Part shown: positions 12,150 through 22,809 of the stretch, piece after piece
How positions within the stretch are numbered: position 1 is the first letter of the stretch
How the letters are laid out: each line of letters starts with the position of its first letter
Assembly (NCBI GenBank): GCA_965215885.1
Contig: CBDCEW010000096.1
Coordinates: forward strand, 1 to 64,000
Reading direction: 5' to 3'
Source of the DNA: Candidatus Moanibacter sp.
GTDB taxonomy: Bacteria > Verrucomicrobiota > Verrucomicrobiia > Opitutales > UBA2987
Length of the DNA stretch: 64,000 bases
Program-made: the position numbers and the translations under genes
The notes under the pieces: generated by a model
What the model saw: only the letters and a program-made list of their open reading frames with translations
Told to the model about the DNA's origin: nothing
The model's database searches: none

Positions 12150-12625
12150 TAACTAGAGCGCCATCGCTCAAACTCTCGCACGGGTCTGTGCAATCGATCT
12201 CTTCGACAATTCCATCGCAGACCCGAAACGAAGCGCACCAAAAAGGCTCCAGCTCCGAACCACAAAGGACGACGCAGTCGCTAAGGTGAAAATCACTCAC
12301 TTGTAATTCTATTTTTTATATGGGTTTCCGCGCGGAAACCCATATAAAAACATCATGAAACAATTCGTAAAAGGCGACCTCGATGGCTTTTGCGCGCTCG
12401 GGCTGGACAACCTGATTATGTTTCTGCTCATGAGCAATCTCTGCTTTAACGTCCTCGGGTTTTCCGCGGAGCTTTTTTACGGCCGAATCCTCCCGGCCAT
12501 GGCGGTCGGACTGATCATCGGGAACTGTTTCTATGCCCACCAGGCGCTGAAACTGGCAAGAAAGGAAAATCGCGACGACGTCTGTGCCATCCCCTACGGG
12601 ACGAATCTTATTACAATCATTGTTT

Positions 12626-13944
12626 CACTACTGTCCGGTTGTTTTTCTAGGAACGCAGGTTAATCGATTGATAACCAACATTTTACATATGATTTCTGCT
12701 GTTTTCGACTTGAAATTGCAAAAAGCCTTGTGGACTCTCAAAAATTTCGAGGGTCCAAATCATGTATACAGGTCGATTCGTTTTTTCTCAAATCATAGAT
12801 TATCTTCCGCGCCATCAGTTCCATCGTTGCGTCCAACGCTACGGAGGCGACTACAAAGTTCAAAAGTTCAGTTGCTTCGAACAATTTCTCTGCATGGGTT
12901 TTGCCGAGTTGACCTACCGGGAGAGTCTGCGCGACATCGAAACCTGCCTGCGGGCAGTACAACCAAAACTATACCACGCAGGGATTCGAAGCGGAGTATC
13001 CAAAAGCACGCTCGCCGATGCCAACGAGAAACGAGACTGGCGCATCTACGCCGACTTTGCACAGGTCCTCATCGCAATGGCTCGTCCTTTGTATTCAAAC
13101 GAGGATCTGGGCATCGACCTGGACAATACGCTCTACGCTCTGGACTCCACCACGATCGATCTATGTCTATCACTCTTCCCGTGGGCACGTTTCCGCAAGC
13201 ACAAGGGGGCGGGGAAGGTCCATACGCTTCTCGAGCTCAGAGGCTCTATCCCTTATTTTATCGAGATTACCGATGGAAAAGTTCACGACGTAAACATTCT
13301 GGATCTCATCATCCCCGAGGCCGGTGCTTACTATGTAATGGACCGAGCCTATCTGCATTACGAGCGCCTCTATCGGATCGCACAATGCGGTTCTTTCTTC
13401 GTCACACGCGCCCGCCGCGGCTTTCAGTTTCGCCGCCGCTACTCTCAAAAGGTCGACAAATCAACCGGTCTGCGTTCGGACCAGACCGTTGCCCTGGTCA
13501 GCTTCTATCCTGCCAAGGCCTACCCCGAAAGACTCCGGCGTATCACTTACCTCGATCCCGACAGTTCCGAGCGCTTCGTGTTTCTCACCAACCAGTTTGC
13601 CCTCCCAGCCATAATCATCACCCAGATTTACCGTTTACGCTGGCAGATCGAATTGTTCTTCAAATGGATCAAACAGCACTTGCGCATCAAGAGCTTTTTC
13701 GGCACCTCCGAGAATGCTGTGAAGACTCAAATCTGGATTGCCGTCAGCGTCTATGTGCTCATCGCCATCATCCGCAAACGCCTTCGCCCGGAGATCAGTT
13801 TGCACAAAATCCTACAGATTCTCAGCTTCACCCTATTTGAGAAAACTCCTATGACTGAACTACTTACAGAAACCGATTACACTTTCAATGAACACCGCAT
13901 TCCTAAACAGTTGGAGTTGTTTGACTTATAACCGGACAGTACTG
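12626..13944 (+). mobile_element. IS4-family element with a 9-bp TSD
   Basis: TIRs CACTACTGTCCGGTT / AACCGGACAGTACTG; TCATTGTTT at 12617-12625 and 13945-13953. Confidence 0.95.
12762..13931 (+). CDS. IS4-family transposase
   Basis: LDSTTID, MDRAY, YRLRWQIELFFKWIKQ (YREK-like). Confidence 0.95.
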   Translation: MYTGRFVFSQIIDYLPRHQFHRCVQRYGGDYKVQKFSCFEQFLCMGFAELTYRESLRDIETCLRAVQPKLYHAGIRSGVSKSTLADANEKRDWRIYADFAQVLIAMARPLYSNEDLGIDLDNTLYALDSTTIDLCLSLFPWARFRKHKGAGKVHTLLELRGSIPYFIEITDGKVHDVNILDLIIPEAGAYYVMDRAYLHYERLYRIAQCGSFFVTRARRGFQFRRRYSQKVDKSTGLRSDQTVALVSFYPAKAYPERLRRITYLDPDSSERFVFLTNQFALPAIIITQIYRLRWQIELFFKWIKQHLRIKSFFGTSENAVKTQIWIAVSVYVLIAIIRKRLRPEISLHKILQILSFTLFEKTPMTELLTETDYTFNEHRIPKQLELFDL

Positions 13945-14264
13945 TCATTGTTTACGTGTTCCTTGTTATGGATCCGGCTCAGAAAAAGGCGCTGGAGCAG
14001 GGCCTCACTCCTGAGAGGGCCGAGATCATTGCCTGGCAGGCCGGCCTCGTCGCCTGTCTGGGTTCCGGTCTCATCGAATTCTTCGGCGCCTTTGTCGTGG
14101 AACATATTCGGAAATTTACTCCGCGCGCCGCTCTCCTGGCCGCTCTTGCCGGTATCGGCATAGCGTTTGTCGGGATGGATTTTGTTTTGCGAAGCTATTC
14201 CTATCCTCTCATCGGATTTACCCCCATTGCGCTGACCCTGGTAATCTACTTCGGTCGCGTGAAG

Positions 14265-14356
14265 AGTAAAGATCCTCGGGGCAAGCCCCGAGGCATTTGA
14301 TATTAGACTTTATGAATTAGAAACGAAGCAAGCTTCGGGGAATTAAACCCGAAGCG
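14265..14356. mobile_element. 92-bp hairpin element (IS200/IS605-like non-autonomous, PATE-type), copy 1
   Basis: Hairpins CCTCGGGGCAAGCCCCGAGG and CGAAGCAAGCTTCG; followed by ATTAAA; interrupts the permease. Confidence 0.85.
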
Positions 14357-15592
14357 ATTAAATTCGGAATTCCGGGTGGCTTTGTCGTGCTCGCTCTCGG
14401 AACCGCCATTGCATGGATTCTACACAAATCATCCGGACTCGATGTCGTCCCGGTGGGCACGCTGCAATACGAGCAAATCGGTATGAGGTTGCCTATTCCC
14501 GTGATCGGCGACCTCTTCGCCTCTTTCAGTTATCTGATTGAATATCTCCCCATTATCATACCGGTGGGATTCATTAATCTCGTCCTTTCGCTTCAGAATA
14601 TCGAGTCGGCTGCCGCGGCCGGAGATTCCTATGAGAGTACTCCAGCTCTGGCTTTTAACGGTCTGGGGACGATCGGTACCGCTCTCTTCGGTTCCCCTTT
14701 CCCGACCACAATCTATATCGGGCATCCGGGATGGAAAGCAATCGGAGGCCGGGCTGGATATTCGACCCTCAATGCCATCGTATGGTCGATCGTCTGTTTT
14801 ACCGGAACACTCAGCTTTCTCGTCTATTTCATTCCAATCGAGGCGGGTATGGCGATTCTAATTTGGATCGGCATCATGATGGGCACCCAAGCCTTCCAGG
14901 CTACACCGGGTCACCATGCACCGGCCGTAGTCATCGGAATCATTCCCGTAATCGCTGCTTATGTTTCCGTCGCAGTCAAACACGCCCTCTTCGTCAGCGG
15001 GATCGAGACCGGATCCTTTCTATTCAATCCAGAGATCAATGACCGCTTCGTCTTATTCCGCTCCTTTTACACGGATGGCGCCTTCGCCTTGGAACAAGGC
15101 TGGGTATACACCTCGATTGTCCTATCCGCTGCCACCGTTTGTATCATCGAAAGACAATTCCGAAGAGCTTCAGCCTGGTTTCTGGCGGGGGCGATACTCT
15201 CCGCCATCGGCTTTATCCACACATACCAATTTATCGAGACAGATGTTATTGGTAAGATCGGTTTTTCGCTCTCAAAATGGACCTGGGGTTACCTCGCCAT
15301 GGCGCTCATTCTCTTTATTACCCCATGGATCACCGAACATGAGGAAGGTCCCGGCCCAGTCTGAAAAGTGAAATTGTCTCACGCAAAGCCGCAAAGAACG
15401 CAAAGGGGTTGTGGGGATTGACCCATCACATAAAATTGAGAAATCTGCCTACTTTTCGTAGAATTGTAATGAATAGAAAGAAAAGGTGTAACAATGACAG
15501 AGAATCAGATTGCTGAGCAAATAGTCGATGCCGCATACAAGGTACACACTAAATTGGGACCTGGTCTATTGGAGAACGCCTATGAGGCCGCT

Positions 15593-15774
15593 CTAGCCCG
15601 GACATTTCACACACATCGTAGTGAGACGGCGTAGGTTGCTGCGGATCAAGGTCTTTTCGCAGTCCGGCGGGCGACAGTGTGTTGGAACTCTCTGAGGTCG
15701 CCGGACAAGAGAAGGCCTTGAGGCGCAGTGACATCCGTGGTCGCAGCAGATGGTTTGTGAAATGTTCGGGCTAG
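15593..15774. mobile_element. MITE-A copy 2
   Basis: One substitution versus copy 1; removing it plus one CTAG restores the GxxExxY frame. Confidence 0.95.
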
Positions 15775-16076
15775 AGTACGAACTGAGGAAACGAGGACTC
15801 GAAGTTCTGAGACAGGTATCCGTTCCGATAAGATACGAGGAGGTTGTTTTGGAAGAAGGATATCGTGCAGACTTGATCGTGGAAGGGAAAGTGATCGTCG
15901 AATTAAAGTCAGTGGAGCAGCTGGCCCCCGTCCATTTTAAGCAGGTGTTAACCTATATAAGATTGGATGAGAAGCGCTTGGGGCTCCTGATTAACTTCGG
16001 TGAGGCGCTCATCAAGGATGGAATTCGAAGGATTGTTAATAACCTCAGACCTCACTATATTGCCCCTCTAAAGGCA

Positions 16077-18303
16077 CTATGCAATCGCAAGTTTAAATCC
16101 CGATTTTTTGCCCAGTCGGAAGATGATTCTTCGGCCTGAACCGTCGGGCATCAGTAAGGGCTTCTCATTGAGAGTTTGCAGATACTCAAGCACCACCGCC
16201 TGCACCCGAGGGGGATAAGTTGCGGTGGGGAATAAATGCGCTTCGACCGCACAGCCCCTCTCTATAAGAACGCCGTCACTGTGAGTCAAATTGCGAAACA
16301 GATCGTGGTCGTCACGATAGTTGTTGTAGCGAGCTTTAAAGGGTTCGAGCTGCTTGTAGAAGCTGTTACGGGCGAAGATTTTCAAGGCATCCATGAGGGA
16401 CTTGTTAGCGGTGTCCAGGCGGACATAGTTTTCATCAATGAGGCGCTGCAGCCTCGAGCATTCGGTGTCGATTTGCTCCAGTTCGAGTTGGAGGGCTTTG
16501 AGGGCCTGATCGAGTCGACGGATCTTTTCGCCCCTTGAGGCGCTTTTGCCCGGGTGGGCATGCTCGGCCAGGAGCAGTCTTTTCAATTCTTCGGTGCATT
16601 GCTGTTTTTGCTTCAGGAGGGCTTTGGCGGCACCGCTTTTCTCCTGCTTGTCCTCAAGGTGTTGGGCTAATCGCTTGTAGTGGACGGTGCGATAAGAGGT
16701 GATCTGATTAATCCCAAAGTGCTTATCGAGGTATTTGAAGTCATTCTCCTGAATCCAGCGACTGAACATCCCTTTGATTACCTCTTCATTTCGGGCCTGC
16801 TGATCGGTCGCCAGGATGCTCACGGTAATGGTTCGATTTTTTGGATTGGTCGCCTCCACGATCCACTGCACCAGTTGAGGATTTTTCTTCCAGGGGCCCC
16901 GCTGATAGCGAAGATGATACTCCTGGAGATCTTCGGCATGGTTGCGCGCGCGCTGCAGGCGCAACTGCCCGTCGATCCGTTGGAGGGGCTGGGCGCTGGC
17001 CTTGTAACCTTTTTCCCAGGTAATGATTTCGAGTTGAGGATGCTCCACGATGGCTTCGTAAAACCACTCCGCGGCGATCGCCCGGTCCACGTAAATACTT
17101 ACCTTTTTATCAGCTCGGCAACTGCACCAGCTCGAGCATCGCTTCGCAGTTGGGGATAAACCGTTCCCTTATATCCTCATAGTTGTCAGTGCTCGCAAAA
17201 TAGACCGGATAGCCCTTGAGGGTATGAATAAAATCGCTGTGGAGCGCTTTGTCGGCCAGACGGATACCCGGACACCATCCCGCCAGCACCTTGCTCATTC
17301 CGGTGTAATGTTTGGTGTGCGGATCATAATAAAAGCTCTCTTCATCCGAAGCATTCAGGCCCCTCGCGTTCACTCTGAGGATCTCTCTTAAAAGCCCTTC
17401 ATCGGCCAGGGCGCTAAGGCTTTGGCGTTGCAGATAGGGGGTATACAGGACTCGCCCGATGAGTTTTTGCAGGTCTTCGAGATCGAGCAGTTTGCTCTGC
17501 TCGATATTGACCGCGGCCAACAACCCGCAAGCCACCCATTGTTTCAAAAGCCAGCCCTCTTCGCGATCAATCTGAGCGACTTCTCTGAGCGCGGCACTGA
17601 ACAGAAGTACTCCCAAGTGCCGATACCATTGCACCGCTTCGGAGCTCTCCCTCGAAAAATCGGGAGACTCCTTGCGATTGTCCCCTTCGCTTTCGGGGCT
17701 ATTTTCTGCTTCTTGCTCCTGTTCGTCCCTCCCCGAGTCCTCCGGGCAATCCCAGGGAGTCTCCCGATTTTGCGCCCTCTCGGCTTCGGCCTCCTTTGCC
17801 CGGGCCTCTTTAAGCTCCTCAAAGACAGGGCGCAAAGTTTCCCCACTGAGGTTAACTCCGAACACCTCCTCGATCTCCCCCCGTATCTTCTTGCTGTAGC
17901 CATACCGACTCTCCCCATAGATCTGCCCGAAGCGCACCCGCACAAAACTCCGGATTTCCCTCGTCAATTTGCGATGAGCGCTGCGTCCCGCCAGCACTCG
18001 CGCTAAGGTCTCGGCATCTCCGCTTTGAAGCGCCTCCCCCCACCGCTTCATCGTTTTGGGGTCAACCTCAAATTGCTTCTCTAAGCGCCCTTTCTTCAAC
18101 CCCGCATTGTAGAGGCGCCCCACCAATAGCTTGAATTCAACTTGCTCCCGATCGTCCTCTACGACTTCAAAAAGCTCATGCCCGTAATAGACGTGCAGTT
18201 TGCCTTCGCTCAGATCCCGCTAGACCGTGATCGAGGGATTACCCTTGTCCACTCCAAGGATGCACTGTAAGAAGGTCTCTTCTTTGACGGTAGGTTTCTC
18301 CAT
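16077..18303 (-). pseudogene. Large (~740 aa) putative DDE transposase with in-frame TAG at 18220-18222 and a frameshift near 17105
   Basis: YYDPHTK, YVDRAI, RWIQENDFKY; N-terminal HTH-like segment (FEVDPKTMKRWG). Confidence 0.75.
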
Positions 18304-18343
18304 TTTTCTTCGAATTTGATGGTTCGAAGATGAAGATAGCTCT

Positions 18344-18430
18344 TAAAGATCCTCGGGGCAAGCCCCGAGGCATTTGATATTCTTTATGAATTAGAAACGA
18401 AGCAAGCTTCGGGGAATTAAACCCGAAGCG
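18344..18430. mobile_element. 92-bp hairpin element, variant copy 2 (3-bp internal deletion)
   Basis: Same hairpins and ATTAAA flank; sits inside the transposon's non-coding end. Confidence 0.85.
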
Positions 18431-18718
18431 ATTAAAAGCCGGGAATTGTATCTGCGATTGCCCCCTGCCCGCCAACCCGCATGATAGCGAGTTCTGAAAG
18501 GCGCTCATCAAGGATGGAATTCGAAGGATTGTTAATAACCTTCAGGATGGTTGAATTAGGGACATCAAAGAGCGCCAGGGAAGCTTAGTGAGAATCAAAA
18601 CATTCGACGAACAATCTCTCTTTAATCTTTGCGTTCATTGCGGCTTCTGGACAGGGCGTAGTGCCGCTTGCGGGTCGAAGACCGTTGCGTGAGAAAATCT
18701 TAATTTCTTTAACTTCCC

Positions 18719-19732
18719 CTACATCACGAGCACCGGCTTCATGTTCTTCTGCGCGATGGCTTCCTCAAAAGCTACGGAAGCCTTCGATAGTTCATAGTCC
18801 TGAATCAGTTTCTGGTAGGGGATTCGCCCTCTTTGCATCAAATCCATCGCCTGCAGATAATCAGGCTGAGAAGACCCATAGCTAAAGCGGACCGTCAACT
18901 CGCTACGTACACCGGTTGACATGAACCAGCTTACAGGTTGGGCATATTGTGCCACAACGGCAATGTTTCCTCCCCGGCTGACAGCATCAAGAGCGCCCCC
19001 CAAAGCCACAGACGATCCGGATGCGTCGATAAACATATCGGCCGGCCCCGGGAGTTTATCCAAAAGCGGCCGGTCGTCCGCCACTACTGTTTCAAAGCCG
19101 AGTTCCCTTGCCAACGGGAGTCTCGCGGCCGAATCCGGCGGCGCTCCCGAAACAATTACCTCTCCTCCACACAACCGGGCGGCAATCGCACAGAACATTC
19201 CGATGATACCCGGACCTGATACAACAACGAGATCGCCGGGATTTATCTCACACCGCTCGCAAACACAGTGAAGCGCTATCGTTAATGGTTCGATAATAGC
19301 AGCGTCATGAAGCGAGATCGCATCCGGCAGTGAAAAGACATGCTTTTCTTCAATCCTCACATATTCCGCCATGCAGCCGTCGTAATGAATTCCGATTACT
19401 CGTCGATTCTTACAGAGCTGCTCATCGCCCCGACGACAAACCGAACAATTCTCGCAGCCCTGGGTCGCGTTCACAACGACTCGTTCACCGGTTGCACAAC
19501 TCGTCACACCCTCACCCAACGCGACTATCTCTCCGCCGCATTCGTGTCCCAACGTCACCGGAGGTCGCATGTGGCCGAAACCGGGATCGTCCTTAAAAGC
19601 ATGTAGATCGGAACCGCAGATTCCGCATGCGGCGACTTTCAGGACCACTTCTCCAGGACCCGCAACCGGTTCCGGGATTTCCTTGAGTGCCGCTGCACCC
19701 GCTTTCTTTTCAAGTTTTCGATACGCAAACAT
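18719..19732 (-). CDS. Zn-dependent medium-chain alcohol dehydrogenase
   Basis: CGICGSD, GHE, CxxCxxCx7C, GPGIIG. Confidence 0.9.
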   Translation of the reverse strand: MFAYRKLEKKAGAAALKEIPEPVAGPGEVVLKVAACGICGSDLHAFKDDPGFGHMRPPVTLGHECGGEIVALGEGVTSCATGERVVVNATQGCENCSVCRRGDEQLCKNRRVIGIHYDGCMAEYVRIEEKHVFSLPDAISLHDAAIIEPLTIALHCVCERCEINPGDLVVVSGPGIIGMFCAIAARLCGGEVIVSGAPPDSAARLPLARELGFETVVADDRPLLDKLPGPADMFIDASGSSVALGGALDAVSRGGNIAVVAQYAQPVSWFMSTGVRSELTVRFSYGSSQPDYLQAMDLMQRGRIPYQKLIQDYELSKASVAFEEAIAQKNMKPVLVM

Positions 19733-21257
19733 TCAGCTTTCTTTCCCTTTCCTGTAACTGCGATCGCCCAATTTTTCCTGTGGGCGTCATAGGCATTTCA
19801 TCGATGATCTCAGCGGATTGAGGACTGTTCTCGCGCCCCAATTCATCGTGGCAATGCTTCAGAAGCTCTTCAGTTGTGACGGACTGACGCTCATGCAGCG
19901 ATGCCACCGCCTTCGGTATTTCACCCGCATCAGGATCTGGCTTGCCGATTACAGCGGCATAGCGTACCGCGCCATGAAGCATGAGCGCTTCCTCCATTGG
20001 GCGCGGAAAAATGACTTTCCCGTTCCAAACGATTCGTTCACTCCACCTTCCCAACATGGAAATGTAACCCTCGGAGTCCATCCGCCCCATGTCGCCGGTG
20101 TGCAACCATCCGTCGCGTATTGCTTCGCTCGTCTTTTCTGGCATATCCCAGTACCCGAGCATATGACCTCCCCTTATACACATTTCACCCGGCTCTCCGA
20201 TGGGAACCTCAATATTATCCTCATCGAAAATACGCACTTCCTTGTCCGGTAATGCTGGTCCTATCGCTGCCATACGATCAGCCGGCTCTTCTCTGGGATG
20301 ACCCAGCGCGACGAATCCACCCAACTCGCTCTGTCCGTAGCTCTCCACAAGGAAAATGCCAAGTTCCTCCCGAAACATCCGCTTCAATTCCATAGGTACC
20401 GGGGCTCCGCCCGATACAGCCGCCCGCAACGCAGAAGGTTTCGCTCCTCTCTTCCGGCAAATGGTAAGCAGGTCGGCAAAGAGGAGTGGGTTTCCTGGAA
20501 AAAGGGTTACTCCTCTCTCTTCCATATCTTCCCATGCCTTCTCCGCATCCCATTTGGACATCAACCCGACCGTTGCGCCTCGATGAATTGAAGGTAGCAG
20601 ATTAGCCACCAGCCCGTAAGAACTGGCCGGGGAAGTAGGGCCGAGCGTTACATCCGCGCCGCTTATCTGGAGCCGTTCAGCGATACAATGGCTGGCGCGC
20701 GCCGTGAACCCGTGCGCGAGCAGGGCGCCTTTCGGCATTCCTGAGGATCCGGAAGTGTAGGAGAGGTGGGCGGCATCGTCTCCCGTCACTTTAGCGGGTG
20801 GACATTTCTTCTCTGCTTGCAGCAACCCATTCCAATCCAACGCTCCCTCCTGAGCCCCATCCATGCAGATGTAGTGCGCTATACTCGGCATCTCCCGACG
20901 GCTTTTCTCGATTACCGGAAACATATCATGCGTATAGATCAGCACTTTCGGTGTTGCGTTGCGCACGAAATAGCAGAGATCGTTAGCTTGAAGGACATTG
21001 ATGTGACAGGAGATTGCCCCCAGTTTCCAGATTCCGAACATTGCCAGAATGTAATCAAGACCGTTGTGCGCAAATATTCCAACGCGGTCGCCTTTTTCGA
21101 CTCCCAGATCGGTCAGTGCTCCAGCGACTCTATTCGAAATCTCTTCCCCTTCCCTGTAGGTCAGCGATCGTCCCCGGTCCACCCAGTGAAGAAAGGTCTG
21201 ATCGGGCACCCGGCCGGCTGTGCGCCGCAGCATGTCATTAAATGTTGTGAAACTCAT
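19710..21257 (-). CDS. AMP-forming acyl-CoA synthetase
   Basis: YTSGSSGMPKG, YGQSE, TGDMG, GKI; start taken at ATG 21257. Confidence 0.9.
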   Translation of the reverse strand: MSFTTFNDMLRRTAGRVPDQTFLHWVDRGRSLTYREGEEISNRVAGALTDLGVEKGDRVGIFAHNGLDYILAMFGIWKLGAISCHINVLQANDLCYFVRNATPKVLIYTHDMFPVIEKSRREMPSIAHYICMDGAQEGALDWNGLLQAEKKCPPAKVTGDDAAHLSYTSGSSGMPKGALLAHGFTARASHCIAERLQISGADVTLGPTSPASSYGLVANLLPSIHRGATVGLMSKWDAEKAWEDMEERGVTLFPGNPLLFADLLTICRKRGAKPSALRAAVSGGAPVPMELKRMFREELGIFLVESYGQSELGGFVALGHPREEPADRMAAIGPALPDKEVRIFDEDNIEVPIGEPGEMCIRGGHMLGYWDMPEKTSEAIRDGWLHTGDMGRMDSEGYISMLGRWSERIVWNGKVIFPRPMEEALMLHGAVRYAAVIGKPDPDAGEIPKAVASLHERQSVTTEELLKHCHDELGRENSPQSAEIIDEMPMTPTGKIGRSQLQERERKLNVCVSKT

Positions 21258-21278
21258 ATTCAGTTCTATTTTCTTCAA

Positions 21279-21313
21279 AGGAATCTGTCGGATCCTAATT
21301 CCGATAGATTCCT
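21279..21313. repeat. Minimal MITE-C (two abutting TIRs)
   Basis: AGGAATCTGTCGGA-7 bp-TCCGATAGATTCCT. Confidence 0.7.
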
Positions 21314-21426
21314 GGCTTGACACTGATTCTCTCAACATTCTTGGAACCGTCTCGACCAAGTCAACGCACATACGAGAAGCAGACTATTCCTTGAATTAAT
21401 ACGACAGTAGTTTACTCTTCAAAATA

Positions 21427-22788
21427 ATGCCAACGGTTGCGACGGATACAAAGGAAGTTCCGGCGGAGGAGCCGAAACCCTTCGAGCAAATCCCTTACTA
21501 CAAAGCACCAGGAGAGGGAAATGACGGGTGCAATCCAAGATACGTTGAGAGGCCCACCACCTGCTTTATTGAACCCTATCGCACTCTGGGCCCGATTTTC
21601 CGCTGCAAATTCTGGGGTATCGAACGCGTGGCCCTTGGCGGAATCGATGCCAATCGCCTCTCCTGGGGCAATAAGCATCTCTGGAATTATCACCGCTCCA
21701 ACAGGATTTTTCGCGAGCAGTTCAGCAATCGTTATTTAAATCAGCTCCGGGGTAAGGCCTACCCGAAAAAGCGTATCCGCATTAATCAGGGCTTCAAACC
21801 GAGTCTCTTGCTCTCCCACGCTGGAGCCATGTCCAAAGTAATTCTCGATGAAATTGACGAATTACCAGATGGAGGAACTCTCCTTCGTATGCTCTCGATG
21901 CGTCTTATGATCTGCATGACGAGCCGGGTCCTTCTGCAGCAGGATCTTCCTCCCGGGATGGATCGCACGATGGCAATCAGCAATAAGGAGATGCTCCGGG
22001 CTACCAGCCTCGGACGTCTGCGCTGGCTCTGGTACTGGTACCCTCCCAAACGTTGGCGCCGGCGTAAGATCTTTCGCTTTCTCAACAAAGTGCTCGATCA
22101 CCGTGAGAGAAATCCGGTCGACCGTGAAGATATCCTCTCCCTCATCTTGAAAGCCCATCCTGAATCCGAACCTCCCATTCCCCGCTACGAACTCGTGCAC
22201 GATCTCTCTCAACTCTTCATGGGTGGCTCCACTACCACTTCCCTCCTCATTACCTGGATACTACTGTATGTATATCAGGATTCCGAGTGGCTCGCTGAAC
22301 TTCGCGCCGAACTCGAATCGTGGAACCCAGACAGTTTCCAGAAGCTGGACCAGTATCCCAAACTGTGGGCAACGGTACTCGAAATTGAGCGACTTAAACC
22401 ACCTGTTCCGGTGTTTAATCGAGTAACTGCGCAGGAGATCATTTTTAATGGCTATCGCATCCCTGAAGGCCAATGGGTACTCCATCTTCAGACTCTCTGC
22501 CACTTTCTGGATGAGATTTACGAAGATCCTTTCAAGTTTAATCCTCGTCGTTTTCTGGACGACCGTGGGCTACCTTCACGCGAAGTCCATGGCACCTTCG
22601 GTGGCGGTGAACACGCGTGCGTTGGATTTAATCTTGCGCGGGTCGGGTCGGGTATTGCAGTCGCATCGATTGTCTCCCGCTACGACATGAGTTTCGTTTC
22701 AGGACCACCGTCCATGAAAGAGCGATTCGATGTGGGCCCGGTTCCCCTGGAAGGAGATATTCGGGTTCGCTTTCAATCTCGAAGTTGA
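21427..22788 (+). CDS. Cytochrome P450
   Basis: EIER (ExxR), PRRF, FGGGEHACVG heme motif. Confidence 0.9.
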   Translation: MPTVATDTKEVPAEEPKPFEQIPYYKAPGEGNDGCNPRYVERPTTCFIEPYRTLGPIFRCKFWGIERVALGGIDANRLSWGNKHLWNYHRSNRIFREQFSNRYLNQLRGKAYPKKRIRINQGFKPSLLLSHAGAMSKVILDEIDELPDGGTLLRMLSMRLMICMTSRVLLQQDLPPGMDRTMAISNKEMLRATSLGRLRWLWYWYPPKRWRRRKIFRFLNKVLDHRERNPVDREDILSLILKAHPESEPPIPRYELVHDLSQLFMGGSTTTSLLITWILLYVYQDSEWLAELRAELESWNPDSFQKLDQYPKLWATVLEIERLKPPVPVFNRVTAQEIIFNGYRIPEGQWVLHLQTLCHFLDEIYEDPFKFNPRRFLDDRGLPSREVHGTFGGGEHACVGFNLARVGSGIAVASIVSRYDMSFVSGPPSMKERFDVGPVPLEGDIRVRFQSRS

Positions 22789-22809
22789 AGATGCTTGAGA
22801 AGAAATCAA

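Larger units (their letters stand above)
9148..12300 (-). pseudogene. Amidohydrolase (deaminase-like) split by an IS
   Basis: Removing 10233-12149 and one TAACTA restores ...DGALV|IIPGLVNAHTHVGD... from GTG 12300; GTDN motif downstream. Confidence 0.85.
12355..15364 (+). pseudogene. NCS2/AzgA-like nucleobase permease interrupted by IS4 and a 92-bp element
   Basis: GDLDGF...DNL, AIPYG, GSPFPTTIYIGHPGWKA; frame is restored when both inserts are removed. Confidence 0.9.
16046..18498 (-). mobile_element. DDE transposon with ~14-bp TIRs flanked by a 43-bp direct repeat
   Basis: TCAGACCTCACTAT versus the reverse complement of ATAGCGAGTTCTGA (12/14); direct repeat at 16003-16045 and 18499-18541. 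Confidence 0.85.
15494..18554 (+). pseudogene. GxxExxY protein interrupted by MITE-A and a transposon
   Basis: MTENQI...[18 protein letters not shown]...ADLIVEGKVIVELKS...GLLINFG; native stop at 18552-18554. Confidence 0.9.

Noticed and set aside
17095..17115. Programmed frameshift in the large transposase
   Set aside because: The A-run lies after the stop codon and a separate in-frame stop exists upstream
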